A DNA stretch of 64,000 nt from Spirochaetota bacterium (GCA_024274705.1 JAJSAL010000041.1:1684-65683); one strand, 5' to 3'. Shown: positions 39,410 through 49,137, counted from the first letter of the stretch. A program made the numbers and translations. The notes: a model not told the origin generated them from the letters alone.

Positions 39410-39681
39410 ATGAAACATCAGCGGATCCTAGTCGCCCCGGGCGGGAATGCAATTAAACAGGCCCACGAACAGGGAACAGGTGAAGAGCAGATGAAGAATG
39501 TGGATACGGCTTGTGTATATTAATTTCAATAAACCGGAAAAAAATCTCTCCGCACAGTTTCCCTTGAGGAAGTAAGGAAGTATTATGAAGACGGTCAGTT
39601 TCTCAAAGGGTCCATGGGACCGAAAGTTGATGCCTGGATGCAGTGCAGGGCAAGGCAGGAACGCACATTAAGTCTGCATAA
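39410..39681 (+). pseudogene. arcC: Carbamate kinase remnant with two large internal deletions and frameshifts
   Basis: Fragments RILVAPGGNAI..EEQ..NV..AC / VYINFNKPE / YYEDGQF..GSMGPKVDA / DAVQGKAGTHI*; absent from the ORF track. Confidence 0.88.
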
Positions 39682-39702
39682 AGAGAGGTATGAAAAGAGC
39701 GT

Positions 39703-41166
39703 ATGATCAACCTGAAATTAAACAAAGAAGTTCGTGAACACAACATTCAGAGGTGCAGGGAGAAGGGCATTATTCTGCCTACCTTCGAACAGATGAAGAA
39801 CCCCGAAACAATACCTGAAAAGATCAGAAATATACTAAAAAGCACCGGGTTATGGGATGTGAATCCAGCCAACCTGTTCCGCATCGGCTGGCACAATGAG
39901 CCGGTACATTCAGGCGGTATGTTCGGCAGGGTAAACTATCTGGAGTTACCATCTTCCCTGACCGGTGTAAAAGCGAGAATACTGGTTCTGGTGGGTAAAT
40001 GGTTTCCCACCGGGGCGCACAAGGTGGGAGCTACCTACGGCTGCCTGGCGCCCTCCCTGGTGAGCGGCAATTTCGATTCCACGAAACAGAAGGCTGTGTG
40101 GCCTTCCACAGGGAATTACTGCCGAGGCGGCGCCTACAATTCTGTTCTTTTAGGGTGCGAATCTGTTGCCATTCTCCCGGAAGAGATGAGTAAAGAGCGC
40201 TTTGAGTGGCTTGAATCCGTGGCAGGTGAAGTGATTGCTACTCCAGGATGCGAGAGCAATGTAAAAGAAATTTTCGACAAGTGCCACGAACTCACCAGGG
40301 AACGGGGGGACGATATTGTCATCTTCAACCAGTTCGAAGAGTTCGGCAATTATCTATGGCATTACGAAGTAACCGCCGGCGCCATCAAAGAGATGCTGGA
40401 CGCGGAACTTGGAGAAAATGGAGCATTCCGTGGGTTTATCTCTGCAACAGGATCCGGCGGGACTATAGGTGCCGGAGACTACCTCAAGCAGGTGTATCCG
40501 GAAATCAAAATTGCTGCCGCAGAAGCCCTGCAGTGCCCTACACTGCTCCGGAACGGTTTCGGCGGCCACAGGATCGAGGGAATCGGCGACAAGCATGTTC
40601 CCTGGGTTCACAATGTGAAGAACACCGATATGATTATCGGCGTCGATGACAATGACTGTATGGATATTCTGCGCCTGTTCAATGAGGGTGCGGGTCTGGA
40701 ATACTTAAAGTCCACAGGGGTTCCCGCCGCTATTCTGGACAACCTGGATCTGTTGGGAATATCGGGGATCGGTAATGTCCTGGGAGCCGTCAAATTCGCA
40801 AAATACTACGAACTGCAAGAGGACGATGTTGTGGTAACGATCCTCACCGATTCCATGGAACTCTATCAGTCCAGAAAAAAGGAAATGATGGAAGCCCATG
40901 GGGCGTTTTCCCGGGAAGATGCGTCGCGTATCCATTTCAGTTCCCTTAAGAATCAGAAAATAGACAATGCTCTGGAGCTTACCTACTATGAAAAACTCCG
41001 GGTGCATAACCTGAAATACTATACCTGGATCGAACAGCAGGGGAAGGAACTGGAGGAACTCAATGCTCAGTGGTATGACAAAAACTACTGGACAGACATC
41101 CAGAAACTGACTCCTGAAATCGATTCCCTTATCGAATCATTCAACCGGGAAGCAGGCCTTGTGTAG
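39703..41166 (+). CDS. Fold-type II PLP enzyme (cysteine synthase / ammonia-lyase-like, uncharacterised long form)
   Basis: PTGAHK (PLP Lys), STGN, GSGGT and IEGIG motifs. Confidence 0.8.
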   Translation: MINLKLNKEVREHNIQRCREKGIILPTFEQMKNPETIPEKIRNILKSTGLWDVNPANLFRIGWHNEPVHSGGMFGRVNYLELPSSLTGVKARILVLVGKWFPTGAHKVGATYGCLAPSLVSGNFDSTKQKAVWPSTGNYCRGGAYNSVLLGCESVAILPEEMSKERFEWLESVAGEVIATPGCESNVKEIFDKCHELTRERGDDIVIFNQFEEFGNYLWHYEVTAGAIKEMLDAELGENGAFRGFISATGSGGTIGAGDYLKQVYPEIKIAAAEALQCPTLLRNGFGGHRIEGIGDKHVPWVHNVKNTDMIIGVDDNDCMDILRLFNEGAGLEYLKSTGVPAAILDNLDLLGISGIGNVLGAVKFAKYYELQEDDVVVTILTDSMELYQSRKKEMMEAHGAFSREDASRIHFSSLKNQKIDNALELTYYEKLRVHNLKYYTWIEQQGKELEELNAQWYDKNYWTDIQKLTPEIDSLIESFNREAGLV

Positions 41167-41184
41167 ACAGGAACCGGCAGGGTC

Positions 41185-42408
41185 ATGAAATTCACATACC
41201 GGTGTACAGACTGCGGAACGGAATACTCCCCGGTAGAGATCATCTATCTCTGTCCCGGGTGTCAGGAAAAGCAGGAACCCGGAACCTTTCAGAAGGGGGT
41301 TCTCAAGACGATCCTGGACCCGGATTACCTTAAGTCCCTTGCATCCAGGGAGTCTGTATCACCGAAGGATTTTTCACCGTACCCGATACCCTACTTGCAG
41401 TCCTACCCGGTAGGCAATACGCCCCTTATCGCTCCCAGGAAATTGAGGACGAAATCCGGGTGCCCCGGGCTGTTTCTTAAAAATGACGGGTTAAATCCCT
41501 CGGGTTCACTAAAAGACAGGGCGTCCCAGCTGGTAGCAGCCCAGGCGATGCACTTTTCAGAGAATATGGTTGCCCTTGCGTCAACGGGGAACGCCGGGTC
41601 TGCCATGGCCTGCGCAGGTGCTTCTTACGGACTGAATATCGTCCTCTTTGTTCCGGAAACCGCGCCGAAGGCGAAGCTCATGCAGTCCGTCCTTTATGGT
41701 GCCACTGTTGTCCCGATTCAGGGTACCTATGATGAGGCTTTCGCTCTCTCCATCGAGTTTACAAAACGGAAGGGCGGCATCAACAGGAACACCGCGTTCA
41801 ATCCCCTTACTATCGAAGGGAAGAAAACGGTATCCATCGAAATATTCAATCAACTGGGCCGGACGGTCCCGGATGTCGTGTATGTTCCAACCGGCGACGG
41901 GGTTATCCTGGCAGGCGTATATAAAGGCTTTTTCGACTTAAAAGAAGCGGGAATTACGGAGAAACTGCCCAGGATCGTGTGTGTCCAGGCGGAAAAAAGC
42001 AATGCCGTGGCCGATGCGTACCGAACAGGGACGATGAAGGCACTAGAAAAAGCAGAAACAAGGGCAGATTCGATTTCCGTCGCTTCTCCCGCCAACGGAA
42101 GGATGGCCGTGGAGTATATCAAAAGCAGCGGCGGGTGGGTTACGGAAGTGGCGGATCAGGAAATAACCCTGGCCCAGCTTACCTTAAGCCGGGATGCCGG
42201 CGTCCTGGCGGAACCTGCGGCAGCCGCGGCATATGCAGGATTTGTACGGGATTGGGATAAATTCCGGGGTGATGAGATCATCATCGTGCTGTTGACCGGT
42301 ACGGGATTCAAGGATATGGACAGCGTGAAAGACCACGTAGCAATTCCTCCTTCGATTCCGCCTGGGGTCGATGAAATCGGGAACCTTACAGGAACATCTT
42401 TACATTAG
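41185..42408 (+). CDS. Threonine synthase-like PLP enzyme with N-terminal Zn ribbon
   Basis: CTDC..CPGC, GNTPL, NPSGSLKDR, ASTGNAG, EGKKT and LLTGTGFK motifs. Confidence 0.85.
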   Translation: MKFTYRCTDCGTEYSPVEIIYLCPGCQEKQEPGTFQKGVLKTILDPDYLKSLASRESVSPKDFSPYPIPYLQSYPVGNTPLIAPRKLRTKSGCPGLFLKNDGLNPSGSLKDRASQLVAAQAMHFSENMVALASTGNAGSAMACAGASYGLNIVLFVPETAPKAKLMQSVLYGATVVPIQGTYDEAFALSIEFTKRKGGINRNTAFNPLTIEGKKTVSIEIFNQLGRTVPDVVYVPTGDGVILAGVYKGFFDLKEAGITEKLPRIVCVQAEKSNAVADAYRTGTMKALEKAETRADSISVASPANGRMAVEYIKSSGGWVTEVADQEITLAQLTLSRDAGVLAEPAAAAAYAGFVRDWDKFRGDEIIIVLLTGTGFKDMDSVKDHVAIPPSIPPGVDEIGNLTGTSLH

Positions 42409-42418
42409 GAGAACAGCT

Positions 42419-43726
42419 ATGAACCATATAGAGCAGAGATTCGCCTCCTTGGGTATAAAACTCCCTGAACTCCTCCTTCCCGTAGAAGAAATCGATATGG
42501 AAAAATGGGCGGTCATAGCCTGCGACCAGTTTTCATCTGAACAAGGATACTGGGAAAAAGTAAAAGAACTGGTGGGAGAGAGTCCCTCCACGCTCAATCT
42601 CATTCTGCCTGAATGCTATCTTGGTAAGGAGACACCGGAAGACCATGTTGCTTCGATAAACGCTGCCATGAGGGAGTACCTTCAGGCAGGTGTGTTCCGT
42701 ACTTTAAGTCCCGGGTTTGTCCTGGTGGAAAGGAATGTAGCCTCGTTACCTCCACGGTATGGAATCGTACTCGCTGTGGACCTGGAATACTACGATTTCA
42801 ATAAAGGCTCACAAAGTCTCATCCGGCCGACGGAAGGTACTATTCTGGAGCGCCTTCCTCCCAGGATAAAGATACGGGAGGAAGCCGCCCTGGACCTGCC
42901 CCACATCCTTTTTCTCATTGATGATCCGGAAGGTACGGTGATCGAACAGGCGGCTGAACGAAAGGAACAGATGGAACTCCTCTATGATTTCGACCTGATG
43001 CAGGGCGGCGGTCACCTGTCGGGCAGGAAGATGGATGATCCGGACATTCTGATGAGTATGCTTGAAGCCCTTGAGAAACTGGCCGGCGGGAAGGATCTCC
43101 TCTTTGCGGTGGGAGACGGGAATCATTCCCTGGCGACTGCCAAATCCATCTGGGACAACATAAAGGGTATAGGCGGAAACGGTGTAATGAACCATCCTGC
43201 GCGGTGGGCCCTGGTGGAAATAGAAAATATCTACAGCCCGGGTCTTATCTTCGAACCGATTCACCGGGTTCTGTTCAATGCCCGGCCCGAATTCCTCCTG
43301 GCCCGAATAGACCAGGACCCTGCCTGTTCTCTGCGGGATGTCCGGAACCTGGAAGAAATGCACAGGATTATGGAAGGGGGCGGGGAAGGTCACAGGATCG
43401 GATTTGTGACACAGGACCGCACCGGAATTATTTCCATGGATGGGGGAGAGACAACCCTTGCCGCTGAAGCGGTCCAGGATATCCTGGATCGCTATATCGA
43501 GGAGAATAGTGAAGTGGATATCGACTACATTCACGGGGACGATACCGTCACAGATCTTGGGAGGAAACCCGGGAACATCGGCTTTTTTCTGCCTCCCCTG
43601 GACAAGGGCACATTTTTCGACATCATCATCGAAAAAGGAGCGCTCCCGAGGAAAACCTTTTCCCTGGGCGAAGCCAAGGGAAAACGGTATTACCTGGAGG
43701 CCGGGAAGCTCTTAAGGGACTTATGA
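42419..43726 (+). CDS. DUF1015-family protein
   Basis: W.VIACDQF, IR.TEGT..ERLPPR, AVGDGNHSLATAK, IHG and LPRKTFS motifs. Confidence 0.78.
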   Translation: MNHIEQRFASLGIKLPELLLPVEEIDMEKWAVIACDQFSSEQGYWEKVKELVGESPSTLNLILPECYLGKETPEDHVASINAAMREYLQAGVFRTLSPGFVLVERNVASLPPRYGIVLAVDLEYYDFNKGSQSLIRPTEGTILERLPPRIKIREEAALDLPHILFLIDDPEGTVIEQAAERKEQMELLYDFDLMQGGGHLSGRKMDDPDILMSMLEALEKLAGGKDLLFAVGDGNHSLATAKSIWDNIKGIGGNGVMNHPARWALVEIENIYSPGLIFEPIHRVLFNARPEFLLARIDQDPACSLRDVRNLEEMHRIMEGGGEGHRIGFVTQDRTGIISMDGGETTLAAEAVQDILDRYIEENSEVDIDYIHGDDTVTDLGRKPGNIGFFLPPLDKGTFFDIIIEKGALPRKTFSLGEAKGKRYYLEAGKLLRDL

Positions 43727-43986
43727 ATGTACATGTGCGGCTCCTCGGGTTTTACCAGATGATGCTGGGCAGGATGTATGAAGATATACAACTGAGGAAA
43801 GGGGCAAGCCTGGATGAGCTGTGGAATTATTTCCAGAGCAGTTATGTCCAGCTTCAATCGAAGGACATGAAACGGATTGCAGGTATGTCGGTAAACAAGA
43901 CGTATGTACCCCGTAAAAACTGGAGATCTTTCGTGTTGCAGGAAGGAGACGAGGTGGACCTCTTAAGTCAAATGGCAGGAGGCTGA
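43723..43986 (+). CDS. MoaD/ThiS-family ubiquitin-like protein
   Basis: beta-grasp size; L.EGDEV...MAGG C-terminus. Confidence 0.85.
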   Translation: MNVHVRLLGFYQMMLGRMYEDIQLRKGASLDELWNYFQSSYVQLQSKDMKRIAGMSVNKTYVPRKNWRSFVLQEGDEVDLLSQMAGG

Positions 43987-44011
43987 ACATTTCGTAAACA
44001 GGAGAAGAGAA

Positions 44012-45913
44012 ATGGCAAAGACAGCGTGGATCAATTTGACGGAAACCGTAATTCACATAGAGGATACAGACAGGAAATTAATTACCACCTATATCGGAAG
44101 CAGGGGGATAGCGGCGAAAGTTCTCTATGATCTTGCAGGTCCTGCAATCGGACCTCTGGACCCGGAGAACCCCCTTATTTTCTCCACCGGCCCCTTTACA
44201 GGAACACCCTGGCCGTCTGCCGCCAGGTATACCGTTACTGCCAAGTCTCCTGCCACCGGGGCGTACGGATACGCAAACAGTTCCGGTTTTTTCGGCCCCC
44301 AGATGAGGAAGGCGGGATATGATATGTTCGTCATCCGGGGAAAAGCGGAAAAACCGGTATACCTTTTGGTGGAAGGTGAAAACATCACCATCCATTCCGC
44401 CGAACACCTGTGGGGAAAGGAGACGGGAGAAGTAGAGAGCCGCTTAAGGAAGCAGTACGAAGGAGCGAGGGTCGCCGGTATCGGACCGGCCGGTGAGAAC
44501 CTTGTACAGCTCGCATCGGTGATCAACGACTATGGCAGGGCTGCCGCCCGGACCGGCATGGGTGCCGTTATGGGATCGAAAAATGTAAAAGCCATTGTGG
44601 TGATGGGGTCGGTAAAGCAGTCCCTTCCGGATGAGTTCAGGAACGTGATCAGGCGGGTAAGTCCTCTGGTGCGGAACCATCCCGGAGCCCGGGATTATAA
44701 TAAGTGGGGGACCGTCATACTGTTGAACTACAAGAACAGAAGCGGGGACAACCCGACAAAAAACCACCGGTATGGTCAGTTCCCCATGGGAGACCGTATC
44801 AATGCCCAGTCAATAGCCGGGTATACTGTCCGCAACCAGGGATGTTATGCCTGCTCCATAAAATGTGCGCGGTTCACCAAGGTCCCGGACGGGCCCTATA
44901 AAACTCCGGAACAGGAAGGTCCGGAGTATGAAACATCCAATGCCCTTGGTCCCAACGTATGGAATGATGATGTGGAGCTTCTCATCTACTGCAACAAGCT
45001 GTGCAACGAGCTGGGTATCGATACTATTTCTGTGGGTGTTCTTATTGCTTTTGCCATGGAAGCCCACGAAAATGGTCTTCTCCATGACCCGCAGTACAGT
45101 CTCGGGTGGGGTGATCCCGACACGATCATAGGGCTTATCCGGGACATTTCCCTTCGCCGGGGGAAAGCCGGAACCCTCCTTGCCGGCGGCGTACGCGATG
45201 CCGCAGGAAAGCTGGGTTGCGGAAGCGAATCCTATGCCATGCAGGTGAAGAATGTGGAACTTCCCCGGCAGGACGGCAGAGTTCTCAAGGGGATGGCCTT
45301 GGGGCATGCTACGAGCAACCGCGGGGCTGATCACCTGTACGCCCTGCCCACCCTCGATCTCACCGGGAACACCGAAGTGGTTTCACAGGTGGAAGAACTG
45401 GCACGGTGCGGACCCGAGCTGATGAGTACGGTATCCGAAAAATACAAGGCGGACATGATACGATTTACCGAAACATGTAATGCCCTTGCGGATGCATTGG
45501 GCATCTGTAAATTCGCCTTCACCGAAACGTACGCAATCATGCCTTCCGACCTGGCCGAAGGGTTACGTGCCCTGGGCTGGGAAATAAGTGAGGAAGAACT
45601 CTTTACCGCGGGCCAGAGAATCGTCAACCTGGAAAGGATCTACAATGTACGCCATGGTTACAGCAGGAAAGACGACACTCTTCCGGAACGGCACCTGAAA
45701 GAACCTTTGGATGTATACGTACATCCTGAGGATATCGGGAAGGTTTCCCCGGATGAAGCGGAGATGGTACACACCGGTCTCCTCGTTGATCTTGATCCGA
45801 TGCTGGATGATTACTACCGCCTGGGAGGGTGGGACAGAAACGGGATCCCTTCAGCGGAGCGGCTTAAGGAACTGGGATTGGACTTCTGTATCGGGGATAT
45901 ACCCGCATCATGA
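44012..45913 (+). CDS. Tungsten aldehyde:ferredoxin oxidoreductase-family enzyme (second, divergent copy)
   Basis: KSPATG, RTGMGAVMGSKNVKAI, CYACSIKC, GPEYET, RGADH and LGICKF motifs. Confidence 0.92.
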   Translation: MAKTAWINLTETVIHIEDTDRKLITTYIGSRGIAAKVLYDLAGPAIGPLDPENPLIFSTGPFTGTPWPSAARYTVTAKSPATGAYGYANSSGFFGPQMRKAGYDMFVIRGKAEKPVYLLVEGENITIHSAEHLWGKETGEVESRLRKQYEGARVAGIGPAGENLVQLASVINDYGRAAARTGMGAVMGSKNVKAIVVMGSVKQSLPDEFRNVIRRVSPLVRNHPGARDYNKWGTVILLNYKNRSGDNPTKNHRYGQFPMGDRINAQSIAGYTVRNQGCYACSIKCARFTKVPDGPYKTPEQEGPEYETSNALGPNVWNDDVELLIYCNKLCNELGIDTISVGVLIAFAMEAHENGLLHDPQYSLGWGDPDTIIGLIRDISLRRGKAGTLLAGGVRDAAGKLGCGSESYAMQVKNVELPRQDGRVLKGMALGHATSNRGADHLYALPTLDLTGNTEVVSQVEELARCGPELMSTVSEKYKADMIRFTETCNALADALGICKFAFTETYAIMPSDLAEGLRALGWEISEEELFTAGQRIVNLERIYNVRHGYSRKDDTLPERHLKEPLDVYVHPEDIGKVSPDEAEMVHTGLLVDLDPMLDDYYRLGGWDRNGIPSAERLKELGLDFCIGDIPAS

Positions 45914-46107
45914 TAACGGTAAAAGGGAGGTCCCTGGAGTGGCGCCCCGGTCTTACCGTTGAAACGCTCCTCAAGGAAACAGGGTACTACTTTCCCAACA
46001 TGCAGGTAGTGGTAGACAAAAAAATAATAAAACAGCAAAATTGGGGTTCTTTTATCGTTCCCGACGGCGCCAGGATCGATATTTTTCACATTATCTACGG
46101 CGGCTGA
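45910..46107 (+). CDS. ThiS-like sulfur carrier
   Basis: 65 aa, MITV.G...W..G.TV..LL and C-terminal YGG. Confidence 0.82.
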   Translation: MITVKGRSLEWRPGLTVETLLKETGYYFPNMQVVVDKKIIKQQNWGSFIVPDGARIDIFHIIYGG

Positions 46108-46124
46108 AAACAGGAGGAATATCC

Positions 46125-46493
46125 GTGGAGCTGAAATACAGGAACATCATTTCCTTTGTCTGGTCAAAAGATATCGGCAGGTCCCTTACCTTTTATACTG
46201 TTATTCTGGGTTGCAGAGTGGTGTTCCAGTCTCAGAACTGGGTCGAATTAGCCGTTCCGGGCTTAAGTACCGGTTATCTGGCTATCAATCTCGATTCGTC
46301 GGACCAGCCGATCAGGAAAAACGAATTCATCACCTTAGGCGTGGATAACCTGGACCTTTTTACGGCTCATCTGGCTGCCAGCAAGGTAAAGCTGAAAGGC
46401 GAAGTCATGGAATTCTACGAGGAAGGTATCCGCATGCTCAAGTTCTACGATCCTGACGATAATATCATAACTGCAGCGGAAGTGGAAAGGTGA
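46125..46493 (+). CDS. VOC/glyoxalase-family protein
   Basis: D..RS..FY..ILG and F.DPD.N motifs; AGGAGG RBS before GTG. Confidence 0.82.
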   Translation: MELKYRNIISFVWSKDIGRSLTFYTVILGCRVVFQSQNWVELAVPGLSTGYLAINLDSSDQPIRKNEFITLGVDNLDLFTAHLAASKVKLKGEVMEFYEEGIRMLKFYDPDDNIITAAEVER

Positions 46494-47757
46494 TCACCAT
46501 GGAAAATCCACCGGTTCTTTGAATTTCCAGGGTACCCTCGATCTGCTCCACGAATGTCTTTACCAGGGTAAGACCCAGTGTCGGACTTTGCCCGGTTATC
46601 TCCGGGTCATATCCCGGCCCGCTGTCCCCGTATGTGAGAACACCTTGGTTTTCGTCGTTTACAGAAAAGGCTATTTCGATTTTATTTTCCAATCCCCTGT
46701 TAAAAGCATATTTCACACTGTTGGTGATCAGTTCGTTGATGATCAGTCCGCAGGGAATAGCCGTATCTACAGGAAGAATTAGTTTCTCGATCCGGATAAC
46801 CAGCCTGACTTGCCCGGGTTGCACGGTCAATGTCGAAAGGATATCTCTGGACAAATTTTCAACGTATGTTGCGAAGGGGATCTTTGAGATAGAATCTATG
46901 CGGTACAGCTGGTCATGGATGAGGGCCATATTCTTAATTCTACCCCTTGCTCCTTCGAGCATATCCCTTTTGGATGCTCTCGACCGGGAAGTGAGAGAAA
47001 GCATACTGCTGACAATCTGAAGGTTGTTTTTTACCCGGTGATGCAATTCTTTAAGGAGTACTTCTTGCTCTTTAAGGGCTTTTTCGGTGGCGGTGAATGC
47101 CTGTTCCCTGCTCCTTTCCGCTCTCCGGAAGGAACCGTACAGCAGAAGAAGCGAGGACGGCAGGAGGACCACCGATATTGCAAGAAGGGCAAAGAGGATC
47201 GGGTTGTAGGCGGTGCGGACTTCCCTGACTACTTCCCTGTAAGAGCGATGGACGCCGATACCCCAGTTTCGTTCCGGTAGTTTTGTAAAAGCGGCGATCT
47301 GTTTTTCCCTTGAACTGGATATGTACTCACCCACGTACTCGGTACCCTGTTCGGCCAATTCCGACAGGGTACACGACAGAGCCGCATCGCTGCCGAGGAC
47401 AATGTTGTCACCGATATAGTTCCCGATGGTTTCAGGGGAAGCTGTGTGCTCGATTAACTTGAAGGAAGCATCATAGACGCACAGGTATTCATCCTCCGGA
47501 ACAGGGGATATTGAACGCCATATCCGTTTCAGTTCCGCCAGTAGCCTCTGGTCATCCCAGGTGCTGAACTCCGAAGCGTGAAGGGCCATCATGCGTGCTT
47601 TCTGCAGATACTGAGTACGATAATACCGTTCAGTCTGTCTGAATGAGCGGTTGTAGGAAATAATGGTGATTCCCAGGGAGAGGACGATCGCGACAAAGCC
47701 TGTTAATACGGCGATTGCCGCTGTTCTATTCCATCTCCCAGGATGCCATGAACACAA
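46465..47757 (-). CDS. Membrane sensor histidine kinase (HisKA_2 type, Cache-like periplasmic domain)
   Basis: Two TM segments, ELHHRVKNNLQ, NELITNS.KYAF, D.G.G and LGL.LV motifs. Confidence 0.88.
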   Translation of the reverse strand: MCSWHPGRWNRTAAIAVLTGFVAIVLSLGITIISYNRSFRQTERYYRTQYLQKARMMALHASEFSTWDDQRLLAELKRIWRSISPVPEDEYLCVYDASFKLIEHTASPETIGNYIGDNIVLGSDAALSCTLSELAEQGTEYVGEYISSSREKQIAAFTKLPERNWGIGVHRSYREVVREVRTAYNPILFALLAISVVLLPSSLLLLYGSFRRAERSREQAFTATEKALKEQEVLLKELHHRVKNNLQIVSSMLSLTSRSRASKRDMLEGARGRIKNMALIHDQLYRIDSISKIPFATYVENLSRDILSTLTVQPGQVRLVIRIEKLILPVDTAIPCGLIINELITNSVKYAFNRGLENKIEIAFSVNDENQGVLTYGDSGPGYDPEITGQSPTLGLTLVKTFVEQIEGTLEIQRTGGFSMVITFPLPLQL

Positions 47758-47847
47758 TTAATCCTCCTGATACTTTCTACTATAATGAGTAAAGTATGGT
47801 GATTATTATTATTTTATCAAGATATCAGTGCACTTTGTTACATTATG

Positions 47848-48900
47848 TTAAATACTGAACCGGACGTTGATGATGTCCCCATCCCGAAGGGTGTAATTCT
47901 TTCCTTCCAGGCGGAAATGTACATTGTCCTTTACACCTTTTTCGCTGCCTGCCTCGATGAGATCGTCGTAAGAGAAGCATTCCGCCCTGATGAATCCCCG
48001 GGCAAGATCACTGTGAATCGTTCCTGCCGCATCAACCGCGGTTTCCCCTTTGTGCAGGGTCCAGGCACGCACCTCGTCTTCTCCCACGGTAAAGAAACTG
48101 ATGTATCCCAGCATGTCATAGGCAAACCTGGTAAGCCGTTCTTTGGCCGATGTTTCGATCCCCATGTCCTGCATAAAAAATTCTGCTTCTTCCGGTTCGA
48201 GCCTGCTCAATTCCATCTCGAAACCGCCTGCGAACTCGATCAGGTCATACTCCCCTGAAAGCTCATCCAGTAAGCCCTGATTGTTCCCGTAACAGGTTTC
48301 GTCTGAGTTCAAAATGACAAGGAGCGGTTTAAGAGAGAGGAACTGGAATCCGGAAATTGTCTTCAATTCATCGTCGGTGAGATCGAGCTCACGCAAAAGC
48401 TTATCTTCGTTCAGCTTATTCGCGGCCTTTCTCAGCACTTTTTCTTCTTTCTGGAGTTCCGGAGTTTTCTTTCCCCGCTTACAATCCGCCTCTATTCTTT
48501 CCAGCCTGTTTTCAGTAATGATCAGGTCGGAGAGGATGAGTTCGCTTCTCACATTGTCGAGATCCGCCCGGGGATCAGGTTTTCCCAGGGTTTCATCCAG
48601 GATATCATTCGAGAAGTTTCTGATTACCAGAGCCAACGCATCGGAGGTCTTTACGAGACCCATGGAAGAACCGGATGTGAGACCGGCGAAATCGAAAAAC
48701 TCGATAGTGGCATAGATGGTTTTTTTCGGTTTGTACATCTCCTTAAGCCTGGTTACACGAGGATCCATTACTTCCACAACCGCCAGGTGAGGTTCAACTT
48801 TCTGACTGGTATAAGTATTTACTGCCTCTTCCGACCCGGTAAGAGCGTTGAAAATCGTCGTCTTACCTGATTTTTCGAGTCCTATCAGCCCTATCTTCAT
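47848..48900 (-). CDS. ychF: YchF/DUF933 redox-regulated ATPase
   Basis: G...SGKTT.FNALT, DFAG, FFTVG.DEVRAW, AAG.IHSD..RGFIRAE and DGDII motifs. Confidence 0.88.
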   Translation of the reverse strand: MKIGLIGLEKSGKTTIFNALTGSEEAVNTYTSQKVEPHLAVVEVMDPRVTRLKEMYKPKKTIYATIEFFDFAGLTSGSSMGLVKTSDALALVIRNFSNDILDETLGKPDPRADLDNVRSELILSDLIITENRLERIEADCKRGKKTPELQKEEKVLRKAANKLNEDKLLRELDLTDDELKTISGFQFLSLKPLLVILNSDETCYGNNQGLLDELSGEYDLIEFAGGFEMELSRLEPEEAEFFMQDMGIETSAKERLTRFAYDMLGYISFFTVGEDEVRAWTLHKGETAVDAAGTIHSDLARGFIRAECFSYDDLIEAGSEKGVKDNVHFRLEGKNYTLRDGDIINVRFSI

Positions 48901-48910
48901 AAGTGGGTCA

Positions 48911-48939
48911 ATCCTATATGTTCCTCCCTGATGAGTCAA
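48911..48939 (-). promoter_or_regulatory. Near-leaderless ychF promoter
   Basis: TTGACT-17-TAGGAT ending 10 nt before ATG. Confidence 0.55.
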
Positions 48940-48956
48940 GGAACGAAAAAAAAGAA

Positions 48957-49137
48957 GGAGCACAGCGGAAAAATAATCAGGGGATTAAGATTATTTAATC
49001 AGGACATTCCTGTTTAGGGGCAGGATTGCTGTGCTCCCTTAACGAGTTGGTCTTAAGTAAAGTAAAGACAATTTCCGGCGGACGTAACACGGTGTCGGAA
49101 GGGCTAATGAAGGGCCCTGTTCATTCCGAAAAATGAA
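48957..49137. other. Highly structured intergenic region (candidate ncRNA or cis-regulatory leader)
   Basis: 10-bp stem 48957-48966/49028-49037 enclosing two hairpins, then mutually exclusive hairpins up to the RBS. Confidence 0.4.

Noticed and set aside
48640-48700. Possible short in-frame deletion after the DFAG motif of YchF
   Set aside because: The segment looks short compared with E. coli-type YchF, but this loop is variable and I cannot align it here
49094-49137. c-di-GMP-II riboswitch (GGAA..AATGA resemblance)
   Set aside because: The downstream GGGCAC/GTGCAACC pseudoknot elements are absent
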